Source: Pseudomonadales bacterium
GTDB taxonomy: Bacteria; Pseudomonadota; Gammaproteobacteria; Pseudomonadales; Azotimanducaceae
Assembly (NCBI GenBank): GCA_022822135.1
Contig: JAJECH010000062.1
Location: forward strand, 18,498-82,497
Reading direction: 5' to 3'
Length of the DNA stretch: 64,000 nt
This document shows positions 18,337-27,728 of this stretch, one piece after another (position 1 is the first letter of the stretch; every line of letters begins with the position of its first letter). The notes under the pieces were generated by a model that was given only the letters and a program-made list of their open reading frames with translations, searched no databases and was not told the origin of the DNA. A program made the position numbers and the translations under genes.

Positions 18337-20553
18337 ATGGCGGAAGCAGTAGATTTAAAAGCAATCGGAACCAGACCCGTTCGACCTGATGGTGTCGAGA
18401 AAGTAACTGGAAGGGCTAACTTTGGCGCGGATTTGAACTTGCCTGGCATGCTCCATGGCAAGATTCTTCGAAGCCCCCATGCACACGCCCGCATCAAGAG
18501 TGTTGATCTCTCTGGAGCCTTGGCGATGGACGGCGTTCTGGCGGCGGTCTCTGGCAAGGATATTCCGGGTGGTGGGGATCTTGGCGACAACGTGCTCGCG
18601 AAGGACAAGGCTTTGTATCACGGTCATGCGGTAGCGGCGGTTGCTGCGAGATCAGCATACATCGCGGAACTAGCGCTCGACGAAATCAAGGTTGAGTACG
18701 AAGTGCTCAATCCCGTGATGTCCATTGACGATGCGATCGCCGATGGTGCGACACTCGTGAATGAGTCATTGCACACGAACGGCGATACCTCACAACCGGC
18801 TAGCAACATTGCGGCGATTACCAAATTCGAACGCGGCGACGTCGACCAAGGTTTCGCGGACGCTGATGTTGTCGTTGAAGGCGAGTATCGCGTACCAACT
18901 GCGCATCAGGGGTATATCGAACCTCACGCGTGTACGGCCACGATCAACGAAGAGGGCAAGGCGACCGTATGGTGTTGTACACAAGGTCAATTTGACGTAC
19001 GCAGCATGACGGCGAACTGCTTGAATAAGCAGGTGAGTGACATTCGTGTTATTCCCTCCGAGATCGGCGGTGGCTTTGGTGGAAAGACAACGATCTATCT
19101 AGAACCCGTTGCGGTCAAGTTGTCGGAAATTAGCGGACGTCCTGTGAAGATGGTGATGTCACGCGAAGAAGTATTCCGTGCAACTGGACCGACTTCAGCC
19201 ACGCTTTGTCGTGCGAAAGTTGGTGCGAAGAAAGACGGCACGATCACAGCCGCCACTGCATGGTTAGCTTATGAAGCGGGTGCGTTCGCGGGTGCACCTG
19301 TCGGACCTGGTTGTATGTCGGTGCTTGCACCTTATGACTTGGAGAACTTCAGAATCGAAGGTCATGACGTACTCGTCACTAAGCCGAAAGTCGCGGCATA
19401 TCGCGCCCCGGGTGCTCCGCAATCCATGCACGCCATGGAATGCGCGATCGACGAACTCGCGCGAAAGCTGGACATGGATCCAATCGATCTACGGCTCAAG
19501 AATGCAGCCGATGAAGGTACCGTTGCTCCTTATGGACCGCAGTTCCCAGCAATCGGTTTACGTGCTTGCCTAGAGGCGGCAAAGGTTCATCCGAACTACA
19601 CGACGCCTCCGGCTGAAGGCCAGGGACGCGGTGTTGCGGTTGGATTCTGGTTCAACATTGGTATGCAGTCAAGCGCAGAGATCCGAATCGCTGAAAATGG
19701 TGCGGTCACCATCATGGAAGGCAGTCCCGATATCGGCGGATCACGCGCCTCAATGTGCTTGATGGCTGCTGAAACACTCGGCATCCCGTATGAGAACATC
19801 AACGCGCACGTCGGCGATACTGAAGCAACGGGTTATTGCAACACCACCGGCGGCAGCCGGACCACGTTCGCAACCGGTATGGCAGTCATCGAAGCATGTG
19901 AAGACATCATTGCACAATGCAAGGAGCGTGCCGCACTGACGTGGGAACTTGATGTTGATCAAGTCGATTGGGAAGACGGTCAAGCGATACCGAAACCAGG
20001 TGTGAACGCAGACGTCAAACCATTGAGTTTGGCGGATATCGCACGTTCGGCAGGCCGAACCGGTGGTCCGTTGCTCGGTCGCGCTAGTTTGAACGCGCAA
20101 GGTCCTGGTGCTTCGTTCTCTGTCAACTGGACCGATGTCGAAGTCGATCGCGAGACAGGTAAGGTCGATGTGAAGGCGTTCACCGGTGTGCAAGATGCAG
20201 GTCGAGCGATTCACCCATCGTACGTCGAAGGTCAGATGCAAGGTGGCGCAGTTCAAGGACTGGGTTGGGCACTCAATGAGGAGTACATCTATGACGCGGA
20301 TGGCGTCATGGAAAACGCTGGATTCCTCGACTATCGTGTGCCAGTGACTTCTGACATGCCAATGATCGATACACAGATTGTTGAAGTACCGAATCCATCG
20401 CACCCGTACGGTGTACGAGGGGTAGGTGAGACGCCGATTGTGGCGCCGCTCGCAGCTACTTCAAATGCTGTACGTGACGCGCTCGGTTTTCGAATCAACG
20501 ATTTGCCGCTGTCCCCACCTCGTGTGTTAGCAGCGATCGACGAAAACGAATAG
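18337..20553 (+). CDS. Xanthine dehydrogenase family, molybdopterin-binding (large) subunit; aldehyde oxidoreductase-like
   Basis: The size is 738 aa. The motifs GGGFGGK, AAYRAPGAPQ and GVGETPIV are present. The CODH-type active-site loop is absent. Confidence 0.92.
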   Translation: MAEAVDLKAIGTRPVRPDGVEKVTGRANFGADLNLPGMLHGKILRSPHAHARIKSVDLSGALAMDGVLAAVSGKDIPGGGDLGDNVLAKDKALYHGHAVAAVAARSAYIAELALDEIKVEYEVLNPVMSIDDAIADGATLVNESLHTNGDTSQPASNIAAITKFERGDVDQGFADADVVVEGEYRVPTAHQGYIEPHACTATINEEGKATVWCCTQGQFDVRSMTANCLNKQVSDIRVIPSEIGGGFGGKTTIYLEPVAVKLSEISGRPVKMVMSREEVFRATGPTSATLCRAKVGAKKDGTITAATAWLAYEAGAFAGAPVGPGCMSVLAPYDLENFRIEGHDVLVTKPKVAAYRAPGAPQSMHAMECAIDELARKLDMDPIDLRLKNAADEGTVAPYGPQFPAIGLRACLEAAKVHPNYTTPPAEGQGRGVAVGFWFNIGMQSSAEIRIAENGAVTIMEGSPDIGGSRASMCLMAAETLGIPYENINAHVGDTEATGYCNTTGGSRTTFATGMAVIEACEDIIAQCKERAALTWELDVDQVDWEDGQAIPKPGVNADVKPLSLADIARSAGRTGGPLLGRASLNAQGPGASFSVNWTDVEVDRETGKVDVKAFTGVQDAGRAIHPSYVEGQMQGGAVQGLGWALNEEYIYDADGVMENAGFLDYRVPVTSDMPMIDTQIVEVPNPSHPYGVRGVGETPIVAPLAATSNAVRDALGFRINDLPLSPPRVLAAIDENE

Positions 20554-20573
20554 TCCTTCGACCTCTAAAACTG

Positions 20574-20603
20574 AAAAAGACCAGCCGATTGGCTGGTCTT
20601 TTT
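20574..20603. terminator. Bidirectional rho-independent terminator between convergent genes
   Basis: AAAAAGACCAGCC-GATT-GGCTGGTCTTTTT is a perfect 13-bp stem flanked by A and T tracts. Confidence 0.75.
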
Positions 20604-20686
20604 CATTGTGGCGCAGTAAAAAACCGCAAGGCGTACTTTCGTTTCCGTTTCGGTGAGATTGCTAATTTAGCCGAATACAGTAAGTT

Positions 20687-21442
20687 CTAGCGTGAGATCA
20701 TCGAGGTCCCGGCGATTAACCATCGATCATCTTGCTTACCGACGACGACGATTCCGGATTCCACTACGCCATCACTGAATTCCGTTACCACTTCGACTAT
20801 CGCACCGCTAGCACCGGTCTGGACAGCATTGGCACGCTTCAGTCGAATTCCCCGACCACTGTATCCGTCAAGAAGCTCGACTATCTCAGTCTCGCTTGTC
20901 GCAGTGATCACGTTACCGACGCGCACCACGGTCAGAGGCAATCGGCACAGTCTCGCACACGCGTGGAGATCAGAGTCTGCAACGTGCGCTACAAACTGCT
21001 TCGCGAGATTTTCAGTTTCCGTAGTCGTTTCCTCGACTTCATACTCGACAAACGAGTCGACGCCAAACCTCGCTTGAATTCCCCACGAATCTTCAATTCG
21101 CGTGAGGATGTACGTTACGCGATTTTCGAGGATCGGATTGTCTTCTGCATTGAATCGAGTCCATCCTCCGAGGAGATGAACCTTTTCAGGGGTTTCATGT
21201 AGGCGGCGGGGCGTGACGCCTTCCGATCGGACCCAACCTGTTGCTTCTCGGGAGGTCCAGTCTGCGGCATCCGCATACGCTTTAGGGGACTCATATCGAA
21301 CCGTTCCGCCCGGAGCAGATACCCGTACGTGCGGGTAGCTCATCACAGCAGCCCAAGCTGGTGCATTCTTGGCATTATCAGCGCGAAAGAAGCCTCGATA
21401 AGCATCTTCTGGTCCGTCAAATCGATTGGGAAACTCGGTCAT
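20687..21442 (-). CDS. Hypothetical protein, no family recognised by eye
   Basis: This is a long ORF with coding-like composition. The likely start is MTEFPNRF at 21442. The ATG at 21517 would extend into the phoX relic. Confidence 0.6.
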   Translation of the reverse strand: MTEFPNRFDGPEDAYRGFFRADNAKNAPAWAAVMSYPHVRVSAPGGTVRYESPKAYADAADWTSREATGWVRSEGVTPRRLHETPEKVHLLGGWTRFNAEDNPILENRVTYILTRIEDSWGIQARFGVDSFVEYEVEETTTETENLAKQFVAHVADSDLHACARLCRLPLTVVRVGNVITATSETEIVELLDGYSGRGIRLKRANAVQTGASGAIVEVVTEFSDGVVESGIVVVGKQDDRWLIAGTSMISR

Positions 21443-21511
21443 GGCATCAATCTCTAGTTGAAAACAGAATTTAACGAATCGTTGATTCAATTCGAGCTGT
21501 TCCATTGAGAA

Positions 21512-21637
21512 ATGCATGGTATTGGATTTAGTAACGGGGACATCGAACGAACTGATTTCCCACGATTAGGAGACCAAGTTCCGAGCGATGCGACGATCGT
21601 GATCACGCGCAAAGACGGAGGAATCATCGGGTCCTGA
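21512..21637 (+). pseudogene. C-terminal relic (41 codons) of a second PhoX-like phosphatase gene
   Basis: It translates to MHGIGFSNGDIERTDFPRLGDQVPSDATIVITRKDGGIIGS*. This aligns with the last ~40 aa of the intact PhoX at 21877..23712 (QHVGNGNISRTNFPRIGDHRVPRDATIVITRKDGGIVGS*). GAATTCGAC recurs just after both stop codons. Confidence 0.7.
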
Positions 21638-21876
21638 GCACTCAACGAATTCGACTGAAGAGATCGAAGAGGCAACTTAGCTGCCGGTTTCTCGTGAAAC
21701 CGGCACTTATTTGAAGAGGTCCATCGAGTCGAAGTATTCGGATTCTGGTGAATTGGTCGACTCCTCTTGCAGCGAAACTTCAATGCGAGTTGAAATATCT
21801 CCCCCAGTTCTTGAAAATAAACCTCAACGTAAGTGGATTCGGTTCTAGGCATCCTTGAACCGAAAGTGAATTCGAC

Positions 21877-23712
21877 ATGAAAAATCGCAACGCTGGGTTA
21901 GACAACGACATAGTGAACCCGACGGAGAATCGGACGATGCAAGATGTCGTTCGGGTAGCTGCAAGTCGACGCAAAATCCTTCAAGGCGGGATGTCGCTTG
22001 CTGCAGGATTCATGGCTTCAAATTCGATCGTGGGGCAGCGCGCTCCCATCATCCCGTTCAATCCTGGCCTGATGGATTTCACGCCTCTGAGTCGCGCAGA
22101 TGCCACAGGACCATGGCCGACTATCTCAAGTGATTACGAGTTTCAGATCCTCATTCCTTGGGGTGACCCGGTATTACCTGATGGTCCGTCGTTCGCATAC
22201 CCAACGAATGCCGATGATCAAGCTGCGCAAATAGGTATTGGTCACGATGGGATGTGGTTCTTTCCTGACGCTGACGATCCAGAAGCCGGAAATAGAAAGG
22301 GCATGCTAGCCATTAACCATGAATTTGGCGGTAATTCGCACGTCTTGGGTAAGGGTGATCCTGAATCATTAGAGGATGTTCGTTTATCACAGCACGCTCA
22401 TGGTGTATCTATCGTCGGCATCCAGCGCGAGGAAGGAACCTGGAAGGTCTATGACGCTTGTGGTGCACGACGCATTCATGTAAATACTGCAGTCACGTTT
22501 AGCGGTCCAGCGGCAGAAAGTGAATTACTTCAAACGACATTTGGCAATTCGCCATTAGGCACCGTGAACAACTGCGGCTGCGGATTTACGCCGTGGGGCA
22601 CCTATCTAACATGCGAAGAGAATTTCCAAGGCTATTTTGGCGCGCCCGCCAATGCCCGACCACCGTGGGCAGCGACAGAAGCTCAAACCCGTTATGGCTT
22701 CAGTGAGAACGGTTTCGGCTATGGGTGGCACTTATTCGATTTTCGATTTAATCTAGCTTATGGCGGATATCGCAACGAGGAAAATCGATTTGGTTGGGTA
22801 GTAGAAATCGATCCCTACAACGGCGGTCAAATACCTGTGAAGCGGACAGGATTAGGACGTTTCAAGCACGAAAGCGTTGCAGTTGCTGTCGGGAAAGACC
22901 GTCGGGTTGTCGCATATATGGGCGACGATCAACAGTTCGATTACATCTATAAATTCGTTAGTTCAGAAGATCACGTCAAACTGCGCTATGAGGGTGAATC
23001 GCCATTCGACCATGGCAGGCTTTACGTAGCGAAATTCAATGATGATTTCACTGGTGAGTGGCTTGAACTAACAATTGAAAACTCGGCATTGAGCGCGAGA
23101 TTTTCGAGCCAAGCCGAGATATTGATTTTCGCCCGGTTGGCTGCCGATGAATTGGGTGCTACACGCATGGATCGTCCGGAGTGGACAACGGTGGGACCAG
23201 ATGGTACGGTGTACTGCGCCTGTACGAACAACAGCTCACGGACCGTGGCTGACGCAGCAAACCCACAAGCGCCGAACGCAGATGGTCATATCATCAGTTG
23301 GGTAGACGACGATATGCACGTCGGGACACGTTTCGAGTGGGAGATATTCAAACTAGCTAGTGACACGCACGGAACCGAAGAGTCATTTAGTGACCCCGAT
23401 TCGATCTACGTTGATCCGGACGGTCGATTGTTCTGCGGGACGGACGGAGGTCAACAGGACGGTATGAACAATCAGCTGCTAGTTGCAGACACAGTATCGG
23501 GTACCGTTAAGCGGCTGTTCGCAGGAGTTTTCGATGACGAAGTCACGGGAATCACGATGACGCCGAATCGGCGTACTATGTTCGTCAATCTTCAGCATGT
23601 TGGAAACGGAAACATTAGCCGGACCAATTTTCCAAGGATAGGAGACCATAGGGTTCCTCGGGATGCCACGATCGTGATTACACGTAAAGATGGTGGGATC
23701 GTCGGTTCATGA
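21877..23712 (+). CDS. phoX: PhoX-family (DUF839) secreted alkaline phosphatase with a Tat signal
   Basis: A twin-arginine signal is present (SRRKILQGGMSLAAGFMA). The beta-propeller PhoX-like body contains DRPEWTTV, GTDGG and NLQH. The start could be 21877 or the ATG at 21937. Confidence 0.8.
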   Translation: MKNRNAGLDNDIVNPTENRTMQDVVRVAASRRKILQGGMSLAAGFMASNSIVGQRAPIIPFNPGLMDFTPLSRADATGPWPTISSDYEFQILIPWGDPVLPDGPSFAYPTNADDQAAQIGIGHDGMWFFPDADDPEAGNRKGMLAINHEFGGNSHVLGKGDPESLEDVRLSQHAHGVSIVGIQREEGTWKVYDACGARRIHVNTAVTFSGPAAESELLQTTFGNSPLGTVNNCGCGFTPWGTYLTCEENFQGYFGAPANARPPWAATEAQTRYGFSENGFGYGWHLFDFRFNLAYGGYRNEENRFGWVVEIDPYNGGQIPVKRTGLGRFKHESVAVAVGKDRRVVAYMGDDQQFDYIYKFVSSEDHVKLRYEGESPFDHGRLYVAKFNDDFTGEWLELTIENSALSARFSSQAEILIFARLAADELGATRMDRPEWTTVGPDGTVYCACTNNSSRTVADAANPQAPNADGHIISWVDDDMHVGTRFEWEIFKLASDTHGTEESFSDPDSIYVDPDGRLFCGTDGGQQDGMNNQLLVADTVSGTVKRLFAGVFDDEVTGITMTPNRRTMFVNLQHVGNGNISRTNFPRIGDHRVPRDATIVITRKDGGIVGS

Positions 23713-23939
23713 GAATTCGACGGGTAGTCAAAACAGAACGTTAAATTCAGTTTCGATGCGGACCAAGAGCTAATCTGCGTCGCAGAGTGATCAGAATAAC
23801 GAAGAATCGTCAATTTCTTCGCGAAAATCGCTCGATTACTGCATCCAAATCGCTCACTCTACGGGAAATTTTGAGATATATCAGACTCAAATCTCGTTGA
23901 TAGAATTCGATCTTACCGTGAATTGAGGCCTGACACATC

Positions 23940-24182
23940 GTGGCGCGTGTGGTATTTCCCGATCATCTTCGTCAGCACACCAATGGCACCGAAGAGCTGA
24001 CCGTCACGTGTGACTCTTTTCGTTCCTTAGTCCGCAAACTCGATACTGAGTTCCCGGGGATCGAAGAGGTACTGATGAAGACTGCCGTTGCCATTGACGG
24101 TCAAATTTATCAGGATGCGTGGCTTGAACCTATTCAGCCGAACAGTGAAGTGTTTTTTATGCATCGAATTGAAGGTGGCTGA
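23940..24182 (+). CDS. MoaD/ThiS-like ubiquitin-fold protein ending in Gly-Gly
   Basis: The size is 80 aa and the C-terminus is ...FFMHRIEGG*. The length and pattern are typical of beta-grasp sulfur carriers. The start is GTG, with GAGG 12 nt upstream and an in-frame stop just upstream. Confidence 0.6.
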   Translation: MARVVFPDHLRQHTNGTEELTVTCDSFRSLVRKLDTEFPGIEEVLMKTAVAIDGQIYQDAWLEPIQPNSEVFFMHRIEGG

Positions 24183-24211
24183 CGTCACTATTCGATTAAG
24201 GAATAACGAAC

Positions 24212-25114
24212 GTGCCTAAGCTGGTTAATTTAGGGTCGCTTGGAATTGACCACGTATATAGTGTTGATCATATCTCCGGTCCCGGAGAAACACTGGCTAG
24301 CGAAACCCACGATGTGTTCCCAGGCGGTAAAGGGTCAAATCAGTCGATCGCAGCTGCTAAAGCGGGTGCTGAAGTAATCCACGTCGGTTGTATTGGCCCT
24401 GATGGTGACATGCTAATCGATGTGCTTAAAGATTCGAATGTTGACGTCAACGACGTTCGCGTCGGGGATACAGCAACTCAACATGCGGTCATTCAAGTGG
24501 ATCGTCAGGGTCAGAATTCGATCGTGATATTCGGCGGCGCAAATCGAACGATTAATCAGCATGATCGAGACGCGGCGCTTTCCAAGATCGAACCCGGAGA
24601 TTGGTTGCTATTGCAGAATGAAATCAATGATCTAGAGCAGATTCTTGATCAGGCAGCGCAACGAAATGTCTCGGTCGCGTTCAATGTAGCGCCTGTCGAT
24701 GGGCGAGAGAAACACTATGACTATTCTCGTGTGGGTCTACTGATCGTAAACGAAGTTGAAGCTGCATCGCTTTCAGGGGAAAGTAATCCAGAGCGTGCGT
24801 ACGAAGCTCTTACCACACGATATCCAGACACGATTGTGCTGTTGACGCTCGGGAGAGATGGGGGAATTTATGGTGGCAGCTCACATCCCCGTGTGGTCTA
24901 TCAAGCACATTCTGTAGATGCGGTCGACGAGACCGCAGCCGGTGATACGTTTATCGGCTACTTCATGGCAGAATGGTTAAATAGCCAAGACCTTGCAAAA
25001 GCCGTTGCGGATGCGAGTGCGGCAGGAGCGATTGCAGTCACCAAACCTGGCGCTGCGTCTTCGATTCCTACTCGGGCTGAAGTCGACGCATTTAAACAGC
25101 AGCTCACAAGTTAG
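24212..25114 (+). CDS. rbsK: Ribokinase / PfkB-family sugar kinase
   Basis: FPGGKGSNQSIAAAKAG and the PfkB signature DETAAGDTFIGYF are present. The start codon is GTG. Confidence 0.8.
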   Translation: MPKLVNLGSLGIDHVYSVDHISGPGETLASETHDVFPGGKGSNQSIAAAKAGAEVIHVGCIGPDGDMLIDVLKDSNVDVNDVRVGDTATQHAVIQVDRQGQNSIVIFGGANRTINQHDRDAALSKIEPGDWLLLQNEINDLEQILDQAAQRNVSVAFNVAPVDGREKHYDYSRVGLLIVNEVEAASLSGESNPERAYEALTTRYPDTIVLLTLGRDGGIYGGSSHPRVVYQAHSVDAVDETAAGDTFIGYFMAEWLNSQDLAKAVADASAAGAIAVTKPGAASSIPTRAEVDAFKQQLTS

Positions 25115-25770
25115 TCGAACTTCAGACCGGTCGCTTCCTCAAGTTCGCGAATCGCGTCGTCTGGATCAACGACCTTAATCGTTGTCATGCCCATCGCTCG
25201 AGCTGGCTTGAGATTGATACCTAGATCGTCGAGAAAAACACAACGGTCTGCAGCAACGCCGAGTCGCTTACACGCTATTTCATAAATTTTCGGACTTGGT
25301 TTCCGAACACCTTCGATCGAAGATTCGATGATCACGTCGAACATCTCCATGATGGGTCCGGTTTCGGTAAACTGGCGCGTAGCGGGTGTATTCTGTTCTG
25401 GATTGTCGGGTTTTATGTTGTTCGTGATGCAACCGACCTTGAAGTGTTCTTTGCATGTTGCCAAGACGCGAACCATCCTCGGTCGGAGTTTCCCCGATAG
25501 TAGGGTTAGCACGTCGCGACCACGCACCGCGTGACCCATCGCACGACTTTCGTCTTCAAACAATCCATCGAATTCCTCGCGGCTTACTGCATTTGCCTCG
25601 AGCTTTGCCCAGGCATTCGAGTCAGGATTTGTCGAGTTCACCGTTCGAATGAAGTCCTTGGGCAAACCGTGCTCTTCCTCGAAGTGATTGAATGCCTCAA
25701 AAGGACTGCTGGTAAATACGCCGCCGAAATCCCACAACACGGCTTCTACGGTTGGCTGCGAGTGTTCCAA
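25111..25770 (-). CDS. HAD-superfamily hydrolase (subfamily IA, epoxide-hydrolase N-terminal-like phosphatase)
   Basis: Motif I (LWDFGGV), a conserved Ser/Thr segment (CITNN) and the motif IV context (FLDDLGINL) are present. Confidence 0.85.
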   Translation of the reverse strand: MEHSQPTVEAVLWDFGGVFTSSPFEAFNHFEEEHGLPKDFIRTVNSTNPDSNAWAKLEANAVSREEFDGLFEDESRAMGHAVRGRDVLTLLSGKLRPRMVRVLATCKEHFKVGCITNNIKPDNPEQNTPATRQFTETGPIMEMFDVIIESSIEGVRKPSPKIYEIACKRLGVAADRCVFLDDLGINLKPARAMGMTTIKVVDPDDAIRELEEATGLKFD

Positions 25771-25928
25771 TTTCGTTACTACTCAGCGGTGCTATCGATG
25801 GAAAGTGTGCAATTATCAAGGTCGGAGTGCGATGGGTCGAAAGTAACATATTCGATTCTTGAGACGGCGCTTTTCTAGTCGTTTCAACCCCAGCGCATCC
25901 GTAATTGCGAAAGCAGGAATCGACCGTT

Positions 25929-26870
25929 ATGAGCTATAACAACATTGAATACGAGGAAGATGATCGCCTTGCGTTCGTCACCCTAAACCGACCAGAAAAA
26001 CTGAACGCACTGAGCCATGCGCTACGTGGCGAGGTCTATGACGCCATGAAGGAGGCGGAAGCCAATCCGGACGTTGGCATCATCATTCTTCGTGGTAACG
26101 GCAGGGCATTTAGTGCCGGCTACGACTTGGCGCCTGACCCCACGGAGGAGAGTGATTTCACGTCCGATCGTTCGAGTATGCCCGATACAGGTACCACCCA
26201 TCCGCAGCACTACGATTGGTCACGCCATGCGTTGATGGGACATTGGGTGATATGGGAACTGGCGAAACCGGTAATTTGCCAAATCCATGGGTATTGCTTG
26301 GCTGGTGGCACCGAACTTGCGTCAATGTGCGATCTGCGAATCGTAGCTGAAGATGCACTAGTCGGCTATCCGCCCGTTCGAGCAATGGGAACCATGGACA
26401 TGATGTGGGCGCCGTGGTTTATGCCACCCGTGAAAGCGCGTGAGTTCGCTTATACCGGCGACACGTTCACAGGTGTGGAGATGGCACAGTATGGCTGGGC
26501 GAACTATGCGTTGCCGAAAGAAGATCTTGACGATTTTGTTGAGACGTTCGCACGCCGACTTGGATTCATTGATAACGACCAGCTCAACTACAACAAGCGT
26601 GCGGTGAACCGACAGTACGAGATCATGGGTATGCGAACCGGCTTGATGGTCGGTACCGACGTTGAGGCAATGTCGAAGCATCGTCCAGCGGCTCCGGAAT
26701 TTGGTCGCCGCGTTCGTGAAGAAGGACTGAAAGCTGCACTTGAATGGCGCGATGGTCCGTTCCGTGATTTTCGTGGTGCATATTCGGAGAAATATGCCAA
26801 TCGGGCACTTGCAGGAAGCGAGAAGCGTGGCGGCGATCAATCTGACGCCGATTACAGTAAAAACGACTAG
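25929..26870 (+). CDS. Enoyl-CoA hydratase/isomerase (crotonase) family protein
   Basis: VTLNRPEKLNAL, GRAFSAGYDL and GYCLAGGTELA are present. I prefer the ATG at 25929 (AGGA upstream) over the TTG at 25905. Confidence 0.85.
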   Translation: MSYNNIEYEEDDRLAFVTLNRPEKLNALSHALRGEVYDAMKEAEANPDVGIIILRGNGRAFSAGYDLAPDPTEESDFTSDRSSMPDTGTTHPQHYDWSRHALMGHWVIWELAKPVICQIHGYCLAGGTELASMCDLRIVAEDALVGYPPVRAMGTMDMMWAPWFMPPVKAREFAYTGDTFTGVEMAQYGWANYALPKEDLDDFVETFARRLGFIDNDQLNYNKRAVNRQYEIMGMRTGLMVGTDVEAMSKHRPAAPEFGRRVREEGLKAALEWRDGPFRDFRGAYSEKYANRALAGSEKRGGDQSDADYSKND

Positions 26871-26929
26871 AAAAACCCAGAGCTGCCGCGACATCGTGGC
26901 AGCTCAAGCTCTATCTGAATTGGAGTAGT

Positions 26930-27721
26930 TTGATCATGGACATGCAGAACGGCGTCGCTATCGTCACGGGTTCTTCATCAGGAGTCGGCGCCGCTTGTGC
27001 ACGTCAGCTCGCAGAACTCGGTGCACATGTCGTGATCAACTACTCACGAAACGAAGAAGGAGCTCGAGAGACAGAAGCGGCGTGTAAGGAACTCGGGGCC
27101 GAAACACTGGTCGTTCAGGCGGACGTCTCTGATGACCAACAATGCCGAGCGCTCGCGCAAGCAGCGGAAGATCGCTGGGGACGTATTGACGCCCTGATAA
27201 ACAACGCAGGTACGACCAAGTTTGTCCCTCATACTGACCTTGAAGGGTTGTCGAGCGAAGATTTTTTACGGATTTATGCGGTTAACACCCTTGGACCGTT
27301 CATGATGTCACGCGCTGTTGTACCCGCGATGCAACGCGGACAGCGAGGTAGTATCGTAAATGTCTCTTCGATCGCGGGCGTGATGGGAGTTGGGTCGTCT
27401 ATCGCGTACGCTGCGTCGAAAGGCGCACTAAACACGATGACACTTTCATTGGCTAGGACATTGGGTCCGTTCATCCGCGTAAACACCATTTGTCCAGGAT
27501 TTATTCAAGGCGACTGGTTGCGTGGTGGTTTGGGTGACGATGCGTACGAGGCATCAAAACGACGGGTAGAGGAGACATCGCCCTTAAACGTCGCATCGAC
27601 ACCGGACGACATTGCGGCCGGTGTTCTCTACTTTATCGTTGGTGCGGATGTCGTGACGGGTGAGACCTTGATCATGGACGGCGGTAGCCATCTATCAACA
27701 GCTGGCTTGACCAAGCGATAG
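26930..27721 (+). CDS. SDR-family oxidoreductase
   Basis: VTGSSSGVG, NNAG and YAASKGAL are present. The start is ambiguous among 26930, 26936 and 26942. Confidence 0.9.
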   Translation: MIMDMQNGVAIVTGSSSGVGAACARQLAELGAHVVINYSRNEEGARETEAACKELGAETLVVQADVSDDQQCRALAQAAEDRWGRIDALINNAGTTKFVPHTDLEGLSSEDFLRIYAVNTLGPFMMSRAVVPAMQRGQRGSIVNVSSIAGVMGVGSSIAYAASKGALNTMTLSLARTLGPFIRVNTICPGFIQGDWLRGGLGDDAYEASKRRVEETSPLNVASTPDDIAAGVLYFIVGADVVTGETLIMDGGSHLSTAGLTKR

Positions 27722-27728
27722 CAGCAGC

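Noticed and set aside
19750-20403. Several long antisense ORFs lie inside well-supported genes. Examples are 19750..20403, 26358..26894, 37176..37721, 9129..9656, 10238..10881 and 5001..5414.
   Set aside because: These are shadow ORFs opposite strongly supported CDSs. Their translations are low-complexity and Arg/Ser/Cys-rich, with no recognisable motifs.
16940-20553. The CoxM/CoxS/CoxL-like operon could be an aerobic carbon monoxide dehydrogenase.
   Set aside because: The large subunit shows AAYRAPGAPQ at the relevant position rather than the CODH active-site loop (VAYRCSFR type). No coxDEFG accessory genes are present. I therefore call it generically as a xanthine dehydrogenase / aldehyde oxidoreductase family enzyme.
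21640-21876. A Pho box might lie upstream of phoX.
   Set aside because: No CTGTCAT-type direct repeats were found by eye. Pho regulation of phoX remains plausible but is unsupported by this sequence.
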